DNA of 64,000 bases. It comes from Raillietiella orientalis (lineage: Eukaryota). A program made the position numbers and the translations under genes. The stretch lies in contig JAYWIR010000038.1 in assembly GCA_036172245.1 (NCBI GenBank), positions 1,488,001-1,552,000 of the forward strand. Direction: 5' to 3'. Positions 23,601 to 35,787 of this stretch are shown piece after piece. Position 1 is the stretch's first letter. Each line of letters starts with the position of its first letter. The notes under the pieces were generated by a model. The model did not search any database. It was not told where the DNA came from and saw nothing but the letters and a program-made list of their open reading frames with translations.

Positions 23601-26477
23601 GCCTCAAAAAAAAAAGGAATGCGAAGATGGCCATTCAGTAGGGAAGCATAAGGGCGAATTTTCACGCCAAAGGCACTCGGATATGTGTCCATCACAGAGC
23701 TTTCCTAGTCAAACCTTGCAGCTCTAAATTCATGTCACCATGACCGCAGTATCAAGGTCGTCCTTCACGGCACATCTCATCGCAACTTCGGTGATGCCTT
23801 GCTAGATGGCTCCTAAGCCTAAAAGTGCTGGATTTTAATATTTTCAGGTAGATTTTCCAATAAAAATCACATCAGTCCCAAAATCTCATGGACACGTTCA
23901 GCTGAGAATTTTGAGACCGATTTCCCCGTGAGAGAGGAAAATGTATCGGTTTTCAGTTCATCATAGCCAACTCTTTTCATTGATGATCTTGTCGAATGCA
24001 CAGTGAATAAACGAACTACCTTATAGATAAGGGTTTTCCTTTCGAGCGCAAGAAATGATTGTAGACGAATGAAAACTCTCATCTCCCATTCTCATAAGGA
24101 CATCATTCACCTGCTTTTATTCTTATATTGCTTATCGCTTGGGATGTTACCGAAGTACTTGCGAGAGACCTTCCATTTCTGACACTCCAAGAACCTCTCC
24201 TTGTCGCTTTTCCTTTGGTCTGAAATGCCTGGTGATGAAAGTTCCTAGATGAAAGTTCTCCATTGTTCACGAGATGAAAGGTCACCAATCATCAGGAAGG
24301 GTATTTCCGCCTCCTCGACCGGGACCCCCCCCCTTTAAGAGGTCGCAGCAAGAATTGCAGGTGAATTTTCCAAGAGGACACGAAACCTTCCACTGAACCT
24401 CGAAGAGTTTTTCCATAGTTTATTGTGTTGCATACTTTCCTCCTGTTGTCCCAGAGTTTTTCCATTTCGTGGTCGAGATTTGAGATCAAAAATACATTCC
24501 GATGATGCTGCGATACCTCGGACAGGATCCCCCGTGATCTTTTAACGAGAGCCTGATCCGCATACATCCAAATCAGTACATTCGTGTAGCATCTGACCTT
24601 ATTCAGAATATTCTCCCTAATGCTTCTTCTTCCTCGACTTTGCCAATTCGGATTGGGTCAGGATGCATGGTTTGCTGTTCTTAAAGTTTCAGGTCTGTCG
24701 GTTCTCAAGGACTGATTCCTTTTCCTCAATTCCGAGAGCATAAAATCATCAAAAAGACATGGTTCCCCCTGTGAGTCCACGTATTGTTCTTTTTGCATTC
24801 TCAGTTTCCTCAATTTTTCTCAGGGCTCGCAATTCCCAGTCATCATCTTCATGCTCTTTTCTATTTCTAAAGAGACCAAAGATCATGCGCTTCTTTGCTG
24901 ATTTGAGCTGATGCTTTTGAGACCAGCTGATATCTTGATCCTTTGGGACTGAGTGTTATTGGCAATTGGAAGCTCCATCTGTCGTTTTCATTATCACAGT
25001 GTTGCATAAGCAGCATTCGAATAAAAGAAAGTCTCAATGTAGTAGTCAATGTCCTCTGGGGAAATGTCGAATTTTTCTAGCCGCGAGATGGACTTCCGAA
25101 GCATGACAAGCAGAAGACAGCGAGAGGTCAGTTTGCCTCCCTCTTGGAGGTAAAATTCTGCCCCGAAGTGCCCGCATTTCCCAGCCCTTTTCTCTGTTAC
25201 TTCAGTGTTCACCCTTCTCTCGGTGAGCAGCCTATAGCAGAAGAGATGGGACGATGCGGAGGAGAAGCTCTGTTTCCAGGTCACCCTTTCCGCGTCGAGA
25301 GGCAGTCTCATGACGATGCGCAGCCGCTCCTCAGCCACTGTACTGTTGGTAACCCACTGATCTGCAGAGTGTTGGCACTGAAGAACACATCGCACCCGGT
25401 CTTCCCTGAGGGCCATTTAACACTTCCTCCCAGCTTCGGTTCACGGACTGGCTTTCAGTTCACTCCCCACAGGAGAGCGAATGGAGCCGCTACTCTTCTC
25501 GCATGGAGATTGGTCGATCCGCCGGAATAAGCTCGAAGTGGAGCTTTGAATTTTCCGGTCCTGGGAGGTTCAGTTGAGCTCGAGACAGACCTTCTACATT
25601 CTATAGAAGAGTCTGTAACTGCGACCGATTACGCATTCCCACGTCGAAAAAAAGTGCGAGATGATGGACGAGTCGGTAATGAATTCCGCTGAGATGGGGC
25701 TTCTAGGAGCTGAAAAGGCATCTCTGCTTCCGCCTATTTCATAGGGAGCCCCACTCGCTTGCACACTTTCCGTCGGCTGCCAGCTCGACTTCTTCATCTC
25801 CGTGTCACAAGCGAGCAGGAAGCTCGGTTCCTGCTTCGAGCCTTCGAGCGAAGGCTCTTTAGTTCGCTCTTCGGATCATAGACTCCCACACTGTACCTGA
25901 TACTAGAGCGCTCTTCCGTCGGTGGCGAAGAAGAGAGACAGCTTCCTGCATTCGGTGCCACCCCTTTCTGCGCAGCTCCTGCTCCAATCCTGCTGGACCA
26001 CCCGGCCGACGCGAAACATCGACTTCCGTTTAAGAGCAGCAAGTCCGGAAGGAGTCTCGAATTGCCTCCCAGAATGGACGGCCTTTGAAGCTGCTATCTC
26101 TTGTTCTTTCCGCGCTCCCCTCCTTGATTTGATAGGTTGACCGAACGGTCGCTCCTCTTGGCGATGAACTCGGGATCCCCGGTGCAGCGACTTGGAAAGC
26201 GCGCTTTCCAGTCTATAGAGCAAGGGCATGCCACACGTCTCACCCACACGGGCAGCAGTGACTGGAACCACCAAGACGTTCGCGGAGGAGAGCTTCGAGC
26301 CTTCTGCGAAAGACGCAAAAGATTTCCGCCTCAGCAGCGGAGGAAGGGATCGATTTCCGATCTTTTCCACTTCATCCGTTGATCCCAGTAGGTGAGATTA
26401 TTCCCCGAGGCGCGGAGGTCCTCACAACGAAGCAGATGAGCCGTCCCGCAGGAAGGGGATGCCAAAAAAAGGGAATA

Positions 26478-26643
26478 GCCCGCACTGGAGGCCGTATGGC
26501 CACGGTCTCCGCGCGTGGTTCCAAGCTCTGCGGGTTCGAATCCTGCCCGGGGAGCAATAAAACCAGGAAATGGATGCTTCTTGGGTTTCGAGTGCCCGGG
26601 ATGACGCGGGTTGGCCTCGACTGGCTTCGAGTGCGATACTGGT
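26478..26643 (+). mobile_element. SINE-like element copy 3, 5' tRNA-like head (interrupted by a LINE)
   Basis: GCCCGCACTGGAGGCCGTATGGCCACGG...GGGTTCGAATCCTG; similarity to other copies stops at the LINE junction. Confidence 0.85.
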
Positions 26644-29548
26644 TGACACCCGGTCACACTGGGGCGCTTATTTATAAACCTACATGTCTGTGGCAGGACG
26701 TTCGATACTGCCACGTTACTTATGAATACGAAAAGGAACCTGCCGGGATCTGGCACGCAGGCTAGCAAAGTGAGTCTGGGCAGCACGAGGTAAGGGAAGA
26801 CAAACAAAAAGAGAAAAACAAACCAAAAAAACTTCAATCAAAAAAGATGAAAAAAGGGGAGGTTCAGGAAGGGATGACTGTGTGTTGGAGGGCGCCCGCT
26901 GCATCCTTGTAAGGATGCCGGCAAGTTCCTGTTTTATCGTTCCCAGATGGGGCCATCTTGACGCTGTCCTCATATAGAGGACAGAAAAATAGATGGCATC
27001 TTTGTCGTTCTGTCCTCCTTTGGCGTTGTTTTATGCGGCCCGCGTAGGCAGCACAGTGTGCTAGGGATGCGGCCGGCCACTGCAGATCTTTCTCCGGAAT
27101 ACACAGTAGCACGCCCCAGAACAAAAGTCCATGATATCGAGCATTCGGGGTCGCAGCGTCGGTGAGCTGGCCCGTCGTCCACTCGACCAGTCCTCTTCTC
27201 CTTCCAGAGATTTCCACAGTGACCTCCTATTTAACCTTAGGGCTGCTGACTATATGCTTCCTAAGAAAGGCAGCGCGGCGACGAGGGAGGTCCTGCTTGT
27301 CCATGCACTCTTCGCGTGATCTTCCAGGATCTCCCGGAGCGTTCATTTGTTGGTGCGCGCATTCAGGAAACGTCTCCCCTGTTCCGTGCTTGGCTCCTGG
27401 ATCCTCCCCCACGTTCGAACGAGCGCCTGCAACCATACATTACCGTTCACGGGCCAGCACGAGATTCATCCTTTTTTCCTCGCCAGCGTTGCCACCTGCC
27501 ACAGGTGCAATCCGCCGTGGATGAGACTGCATGGACAACGCGCCAGGAAGGACGCGAGCCCCGCGCTGCCATTGACTTGCTGGACGAGGAGACCTAGACA
27601 TTGGCACCAGGTGGTGCTCCATAATTTTTTCATAAGGGCAATAGTTCAAAACTAGAGCTGCAGCTCCATTCGCTCCAGCGTCAGGAGTCCTGGGCTAGGC
27701 CGCCGTCCCTGAGAGGAGAACACAAATCCTTTGGGAGGACTCGGAGCCTCCCTTTGCTCAGAGGACGATCCGGAGGAAATCCTTTGTCCTCTTCCAAATG
27801 CATGGCAGGAAAGGGAGCAAACAAAAAGCCAGGGGGGGCCACAAACGTGTTCTATACCGCGACCCCCTCCGGCAGGGAGAACCTGCCCTGTTGGAACGGG
27901 CAAAGAGCCTGCAGTGCTTTCTGAAGACGGCTGTACCAGGCTTCTGAGGGGAAAAAGTCCCCCAACGGAACACCCAGGTACTTTAAGTACCGTCCTTTGG
28001 GAATCCCCAGGCGAATCCAGTCCGGCCGCCCTGCCCACGACGCACCAACGGGAACCACGGACGACTTCGCCTTGTTCACCACCAGGCCCGTCCCACGAAT
28101 GAGAAACTCGAAAAAATCGTTGAGTGCGCATGCCGGCGTGGACATGGGGAGCAACAGCAGAAGATCGTCCGCGTATGCTGAGACGGCAGGCGTGCCGGGA
28201 CATACGCGCGGGTGGAGAGCTAGAGTCTCCCTGAGTGTCCTCAGCACCAATTCGAAATAGATGCTAAAGAGTAGGGCGCTCAGGCTGTCGCCCTGCTGTA
28301 AACCGCGTCACACCGGTACGCCATGCACCGTCTGCCCACTGAAAGAGATATTGATGAGCGCATGGCGCCAACTGGAGCGCAGATAGGCCGACAATGCGGT
28401 CGGGAAACCCAAGCGTCCCAACAGTTCCAGAAGGAGCTCCTGGTCTACGCAGTCGATGCCTTGTGCAGGTCGACTACGCCCGCAAGGGCTCCCACTCCCA
28501 CCCGATCTTCCCTCCCCTGGCCGACGGACGCTCCGGAATTCCCGTTGTCCATCCTGCCTCTTTCTTGTTGGAGCGCGAACCATGTGCTGGCGAAGAACAG
28601 GTTGGCGTCCATGCTCCGCCCGGGAACAGCATACGACTGCTCCGGGCTAATGAAGCTTTCTGCCACCCACCCCAGCGGCTCGGTCCACAGTTTCGGTTGC
28701 AACTTGGCGTTCGCGTTTACCACGGTAATCGACCGCCAGTTGCTTATGCTCCGTAGGTCTCTTCCTTTGGGAAGGAACCGTACCCTTGCTGAATGAAATG
28801 AGGCGGGAACGTCGCCTATTTCTCGTATCAGCAGGGTTGTATCAGGGTGGTCAGCTCCGCCGCAAAGCATTGGAAAAACTCCGCAGGCAGGCCGTCCTCT
28901 CCTGGAGTCTTGCGCCTCTTGAGCTTTCCGATGGCGGTGATGATCTCTCCCATCGTGAAAGGCTCGTCGAGGCTCCTCCTAAGCTCCTCTCCGATCGCTG
29001 ATGCACCTTCCGGAAGCAGGAATCTTTCAAAATCCTGGTCAGGAGGTGTTCTCGCATACAGGAAGGAGAAGAACTTACGTATGATTCCTTTTACCTGAGC
29101 GGGAGCCGAGTGATCCCGGCCCTCGTCGTCCAGCAAGCTGGCCGACCCGTATTTCCAGGTTTGGCTCTCAGCTCCCGCTTTGAATTCTGTCCGCTTCCGG
29201 ATATTGGGTGTTCTGCTGCAGCAGCGGGCGCATAGGTACGCCCGCTCGTTACGGACACCGCCTCCGAAGCCTGCAGATAGGCGGTGCAGGGGGAACTGCC
29301 TGCAGAACTCTCGGACCGAGAGTTTGAGCGGTCCCAGTCTGCGAGAGTCTGCAACCTGAAACCCTGTAGGAACTCGCGGAGGTGTTCCACTGCTCTTGGG
29401 AAGTTTACCCAGTCCCCTGGGAGATGCTGCAGATCCGAGGGTTGACCCCGGTCGTGCGTATGGATCTCGAGTGCGATGGGGGAATGGTCTGACAGCTCCG
29501 ACTCCATTTTGCCTTGTGAGCAGATGCACACGTGAGCAGAGGTGCTCG
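26644..29548 (-). mobile_element. 5'-truncated Tx1/L1-clade non-LTR retrotransposon with frameshifted ORF2
   Basis: End of APE endonuclease (SDHSPIALEI), KTPGEDGLPAEFF, FLPKGRDLRSISNWR, ISPEQSYAVPGRSMDANL, DLHKA, QQGDSLS, AYADDLLL, NKAKS, LKYLGVPL; flanked by a 17-bp duplication. Confidence 0.92.
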
Positions 29549-30140
29549 TCGAATGCGACACTGGTGGAAACCGGATGCCCCTGTTGGCTGCCCGAGATTG
29601 GAAACTGACCCTCCGTGGTCTCCCTTCCAGGAACCAAGAAGTCCATTGCCTTCAGGATTTCCCTCTGGTGGTGAAGATGGAGCCGCTTCCTCGTGGATGC
29701 TGGTTGCTACTCGCCACGGGGGACTGCCTCTCCAGAGTGCAAGACGTGCTCTGCTCCCTTCGGGGAGCGCTCTACAGAGAAAATTGGAAGCTTCCCTCCG
29801 GGGTTCTCTTCAAAGGAAGAAATGAAAAATGACCCGACTCCTGAGGATGGGGGGTCCGTTTGGAGAGAATAAGGAACAAGTCCTTTCGGAGAAAACCAGG
29901 GCTGGGTTCCCCTCCCAAGCGTGAGAGGAACGAACTCCTTCCTCCGTATCCTACCTGGATTCATAGGGCGGTTCCTCTGGGGTCACTTCCTAACTTGAAG
30001 AATCACATGCACCTTCTGGTGGCGTGGACAGCGTTGAAGAGCTTAGTGAGCCCCTTCTAAGGTGGCGAGTGGTTCTTCAGCGCTTGGCGAACCAAAGAAA
30101 AGAAAATCCGGGAAAAAAAGACAAAAAAAAGCTGGAAGGA
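29549..30140 (+). mobile_element. SINE-like element copy 3, 3' body
   Basis: Resumes where the head at 26643 stops (ACTGGTGGAAACCGGATGCCC); hairpin units; CAGCGCTTGGCGAACCAAA shared with copy 4; A-rich tract. Confidence 0.85.
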
Positions 30141-33100
30141 GGACGGTGAACAGAAGAATCGAAAAGGATATTCATTTTAGATACTAAGATGAGTTTTCCA
30201 GAGCCTCAGAACAAGAGGGTCCTTCCCTCCTCCCCACACTTTGCGAGAGCACTACGGAACCTCCATTTCGCAAGCATCGGGTGCGTTTCGGATGGAGGTC
30301 CTTCCGTGAATTTCCAAGTCTGTCCAGCAGTCGCGAGAGTTGAGGCCTTGGGGCACCACCTGCGGCCCTGCACGCGGACCGACCGCTGGACCACTGTCGC
30401 TGCCGCTTTCGAGAATCAGGGGCCTTGGTCGACCTCAGGAAAACTCTCCCCTGCCTGGACTCTGATCGCTCATGGGACCGGATCCTCCGAAAGAAAGCTG
30501 ATCACGTCCAGAACTGAGTGCTGGGAAGGAACCTTCCGATCACAGAATTTTAACGACTTGGCGAGAGATGCCCGGAAGCAGAACCACGCTTCATCAGGAT
30601 CTTTGGGGATTACCACGGAAAACCCCGTGTAGCTAAAGCTGGAGCAAAATTCAAGAACCGTTTCTTCCTGCGTCGAGGGAAGCAGGATGGGACTAAACAT
30701 CTGATGGCCCTCACCTCCGACTATTTTCCCGGCATGCAGCCAGTCGAGAGGCGATCCCGCCCCTTACAGGTGAGGGAAGAATAGATGCTCTCTGAGTCAG
30801 GTTCAAAGCGCTCAAGTACACAAAAAAAATGCCAAAGAATGGCCTTAGCGCTCTGTGAGACCCAGTGTGCTGCCTCGGTTTCCGCACAGCATCATCCTTA
30901 GAATAAACCTCTGGGCGGCCAAGTACTCTGAAGGGGCGTTGCCGTGCTGGCTTGCGTGGTACAACCAAACATCCGTCCACGTGCTTGCTCCAGAGAAAGT
31001 GCTGGGGAACTGCTCCACAAGTGAAGCGTGTTCCTCCCATCTGGGAGCGAAGGCTCTCCGCTGCCATAAACTTCCTTTTATTAAAGAGGAGTTCCTTGCA
31101 TTTCCTATCAAACTGCTGCAACAGTGGTCCCTCTTCTTCTGAGCAGTGGTCGCGCTCTTTTGCTAGGCTGCGCTCTTGGACCATTTGCAAAACTCCAGCG
31201 CTTTTGTGAGGGTTGCTGCGCTTCCCATTGAGAACGCAATCTTTTGAGCCCTTTCCGCGAGTTGATATGTCGGAATCCTGCAGTTTCCTTCATGGAGATT
31301 TAGCACCGCCACATTCTGAAATCCCGGAAAGCACTCCGGGAAGGGAAGAAATTTTGAGAAGGAACAGGGGAAGGAGCAACGAGGTCAATTTTCACGTAAC
31401 GTTACTGATCGCGAGATGTTTGGGAGCTGGACACTCCTTTCTACTCCTAGCACCCCTACAAGGAAAGAAAAGGAAAAGCCATTGAAACGCCCTTCTTTTC
31501 CTTCTTTTCAGGCGTACTAGAAGGTCAACGAACGACCTGACAAAGTTGTCGGACTTGCGGCTCATCATGAGAGTCATTTTGCGTAGACAGTCGGATCCGC
31601 TCCCAAGGACAAAGAGATGTAGTTTTGCGTGTTCAGAAAGCTGCTGGAAAAAAAAGATGTTCCCACCTATTTCATGTTTGATTTTAACGGGAAAGGAAGC
31701 ATTGCTAACGGATCCAGGAGAACAGCTTTCTGTTTCCTTGCAGGGAAAGAGAGCTACGAGAAAATTGGTTTCCACTGCCATTCTAATGGCATTTACTTTA
31801 TTGCTGGTACATTCACTCTCCTCAGTACTAAACCTCTTGAAGCCGCAGGACTCTGTCTACAACGAGTGAAATGTCGCTCACAAGGGTAGTGAAAACTGAA
31901 GCAAAGCTCCCTGAAGTTCTGGAGAAGGCTCCTCTCAATTCCTGTGCACTCAGTTCCTTTAGATATGCCACTGCTCTGTCGTATCCAAGGCCTGCGAGTT
32001 CCGTGGAGAAGCTGAAACAAGAAAGAGAGTTCAGCATGTCCCGCTTGTGGCACGATCACTAATTGTGCGGCTGCTACACGGACACGTGGATGACACATGA
32101 GTTTTTCGAACTTCATTGAGAATCCTCTAAGAAAAGGAGAGAAATGTTCTAAATCAGATATAGCTTCTAGGGATCGGGAGTGACGATATAGCTTCATTGT
32201 ACGATCCCGTTTTCAGTCCAAAATAGCACTGAATCATGCAACAGAAAAAAAAAAAAAAAATTGAAATGCAAATTCCGAGATAGCTAATCGATACCAAGGA
32301 CATTTTTCTTACATCTTCAGCTGGTTCCAACGTTCGGAAAGTCCTCTTTGGAACCAGCTGAGGTTCCTTTTTGTTCTTGAAACGGAAATGCTTTGAAGAT
32401 TCAAGTGCAAGTTTCCCTTGCAATCGAGTCAGCCTGATCGAGTATAAGAAGCACTCACCACCCATTGCAAACCCAATTTCCAAGCACCTCATCATGCACC
32501 CGTTTCCAGAAGGAAATCCGAGCCCAACCACTCTTTGGAAAAGGAAAGTTTGCTAGAGTTTGCCTGCATGCCATGATTACGCGAGGAACCTCAGACTTTA
32601 GGGATCGGAAAATTTCCTCATAGATTTCTCCAGAAAACTTTGGAGATTGAAAACAAATATTTGGGTTTCTTCAGTCACCTTTCTGCATGCATCGGGAATC
32701 TACCAAATTCCCAGTTCTCGATATCGGTGAACACCGAATCCGCGAACTTTTGAATCGCGCCGATGCTGCACGTGTAAAAATCCAACAGGTCACTCCGGCC
32801 ATCGTAGTTACTCTCCACCAACATTGCGTCCATGGCAGAAATCGTCCCTCTCACGAGATGAGAAAGTGTGTTCAGAACGAGCCTTGAAAGATAGAAAATG
32901 AATTCCGGGAACGGGAACGTCGGTAGGTCGCGTCGGACTGCGCCCTGCGACGCGGTACTCACGAGGCCACTGACCACCATTGGGATCTGATCTCTTCCTG
33001 GCGAACTGCGAGCTCGGAAGGGCCCCTCTCGAACTTACCATTGCTGACCTGCAACTGAGCTTTGAAGAACGGAAATCCATGCAAGGACGAAGTGCTTGCA

Positions 33101-33849
33101 AGAACTGAAAAGGAAGAAAAAAAAAAAAAAACAAAATAACACATACACATGTATACCTCTGCGACTCAGTGACCGAGGATCATCAATCTGCCTCGCGGCA
33201 GTCTGAGCCAATCCGCATGCGCACAAGCAGAGCGCGTGGAAACAAACGCTTCCTGAAGGTGGGGCGAATCCCGGGACGGCCGGGAACAGAAGGCATTCGC
33301 GCAAAATCAGCGGGAACGGGACCACTCGTGAGGAACGAGAGTTTGGATTTCCCACGGAGAGAATCGCGGAACTCGCTTCTTTCCCTCCGTCATGTCATGG
33401 CGTGGTACTTCTTCCTTGAGTTCCAGCGTCAGCTCTGCGCTCAAAGAACACCGACCCAAGCATTCACGGGGTCACGAGCACCTCCGCAAAGCGGCAAGTT
33501 CGCACGCATCCAGAAAATAATCACCTGGTGACCACAAAAGCAAAGCAGAGCAAAGCAGGGTTTCCATCTCCTGGTTCTTCTCTACAGCTGTCTTCCTACT
33601 TTAAGGCGAACTGAGGTCTTCCAGTCCAAGCAACTGCAGAAATATCACACATTAAGGGACATGTGTTCCTTCTTTTCCCGCTCTTTGTTTTCGAAAGCTG
33701 CAAAATCGGAAACCTCCACGATGTGATACAAGCTGGAAGCGTTGCCTCTCCCCAACTAGTACTTCAAGGACGCAGTGATATCCGAGGTAGTCACGAACAT
33801 CCCGCAAGCGTCTCCTCCTCCCCTTTCCCAGAACATTATTCACCTTCCC

Positions 33850-34190
33850 AGAAGATCGGAATTCTCAACAAAATCACGTGACGAGATGATCCCTGGGCTC
33901 GAAGATTTGGAACGCGATTCCGTGGCAGCAGCTGTGGTAGATCGCATCTTCACGACTTACGTGCCAGAAAACGAGAGGAGGACTTTAGAACGCTTCTGCA
34001 CCTTGAGACGCCGGTGTCTCCTTGACAATGCGATCTGCCTCGCGACGGAAACCATGCAAAAAGCTAATCAGCATCAAAGTTTCGTTCCTCACGAGTCTCC
34101 TCTGCTTACCTCTTATCAAAGACACTTGCTTGACAAAGGACTGAAGCAAGGGCCGAAACACCATTTCCCAATGCTCTTTAGCCGACCCGG
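33850..34190 (+). mobile_element. Possible Penelope-like element N-terminal fragment
   Basis: LTSYQRHLLDKGLKQGPK resembles the L..KGLxF.P motif upstream of Penelope RT; single motif only. Confidence 0.3.
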
Positions 34191-34199
34191 TGACATTCC

Positions 34200-34892
34200 A
34201 ATGGAACAACCCCTCTTCGAAGTCACCCCATTACATTACTCAGCTCGACCCTACTCCCTTGTATAACCAACCATAATTACAATTAGGTTCCAAACCATAT
34301 GCCCAAATCCCATGATTACAGCTCTCCTACTCACTATTACTTCTTTATATGTCACTATTCACATGCATTCCTTTTTTCCTAACCCCCGTGATTTGCCATC
34401 ATCCTTCATCTCTTCTACTCTGGAGGCATTCCGAACGTTTCTTCTTACATAGCATCCTTAACCTGTAATGAATTATCTACATGGAGTTCCCAACTCCTAT
34501 TCATCACTCCCTTATTCACTGTTCCCCTTATACCTACTTACCCCATCCATCTCCCTCCATCTTGTTCTTCCAAAATATACACTAATCAATATCAGATATC
34601 ATAACAACACAAATTACCATTCCATACATATTCCTTCAATTCAAAACACCCCTTCGTTCTCTCCACTAATGACGAACCTCAGTGAAAAAAAAAAAACACC
34701 CATATAGTCGACATGCTCACACCGTCACAGACCTATCACTTTTGAAATCGATGATCCCTTATAGAAATTATCCCCATTAACCAACTAAGTGCAGGCATCA
34801 TCGTCGCTATCTCTACACATTACGCCCTCTACACTACAGAGATGGTCGCATCCACCATAAGTGTTGTGGACAACACAACGGTTGACTCCTGT
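34200..34892 (+). pseudogene. NUMT: decayed mitochondrial ND6 followed by the 5' part of CYTB
   Basis: Abruptly G-poor. In invertebrate mitochondrial code: SGG...YMASLTCNE and SKMY (ND6), then ATGACGAACCTC...AAAAAACACCC (MTNL..KKHP-like) and AACGGTTGACTCCTG = NGWLL (CYTB). Confidence 0.8.
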
Positions 34893-35787
34893 TTCTATAG
34901 AGAAACGAAATCCCAGAATCGTCATCTGAAAGAGGTTCCCGTGGAGGTGGATCATGGAAAGAGCCTCCTGCGTGTCCGCGCTCGCAGTCGGCACAACACT
35001 CTTTACGGAAACAGGTTCCCAGCCGCGACAGGATGGGGCGCTCTGGAGCGGCGGAAGAGTGGTCGTGCCTGGAGTCGCTCGCCTCTGCGCACCGTCCATC
35101 GGTTCCGGAGGAGGCTGGGCAGCGCGCATGGACCGTGCGCCGAGGACGGGCCATCTCGCTGGATTCCGTCGCGGAGTCCTCGAGTTCGTGGGATCGGGCG
35201 AAGGACCTAGGGATGGGAGAATTTGGGAACTTCGGGAGACGGATGGGGCAACGTTAGGAGGGAAATGGCACACTTGCAACATTCCCGGGGAAAACGAAGG
35301 AGGCACGAGGCACGCAACCAGCCCGGATGAAAGCATCCTCAATGCCCGCAGCCTCTTCAGGAGGAAGAGATGAAGGGAATCGACTGCGGAGAAGCTGAAG
35401 CCAGTCGTTGCCTTCTTCCCGTCATCGTAGCACACAAAAGAGTTGGGATGAGAGATAATCGCTAGCTGGAAAGATTACAAATTCCAAAAGAGGAATGTGC
35501 AGCTGTGTTACTTGCATCGTCCGAAACAGGAATTTTCTCTGGAATGCCAGTCCGACTTGATACTTGTAATCGTTCAGATCCCTAAGGAAAGCGGCAAGCA
35601 AGAATGGGGGAGAGGGTTGAGCCTCTTCTTCATAGACCCACTTGAGACGAATGCCGGGCGTCATCGTGTTCACGGCATCCCCCGGGTGGTTGTCCCATCC
35701 CCCATTCTTTCCCATGCTGGCAGAAGCCGTATCCTCCACGACCACGTGGATCGCTTTTCGGTTTTCTCAATGAACGAGCTTGGAGCT

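Noticed and set aside
26478..26552. tRNA gene
   Set aside because: Has A/B-box-like motifs but no convincing cloverleaf, and it continues into a body shared by four repeats, so it is a SINE head.
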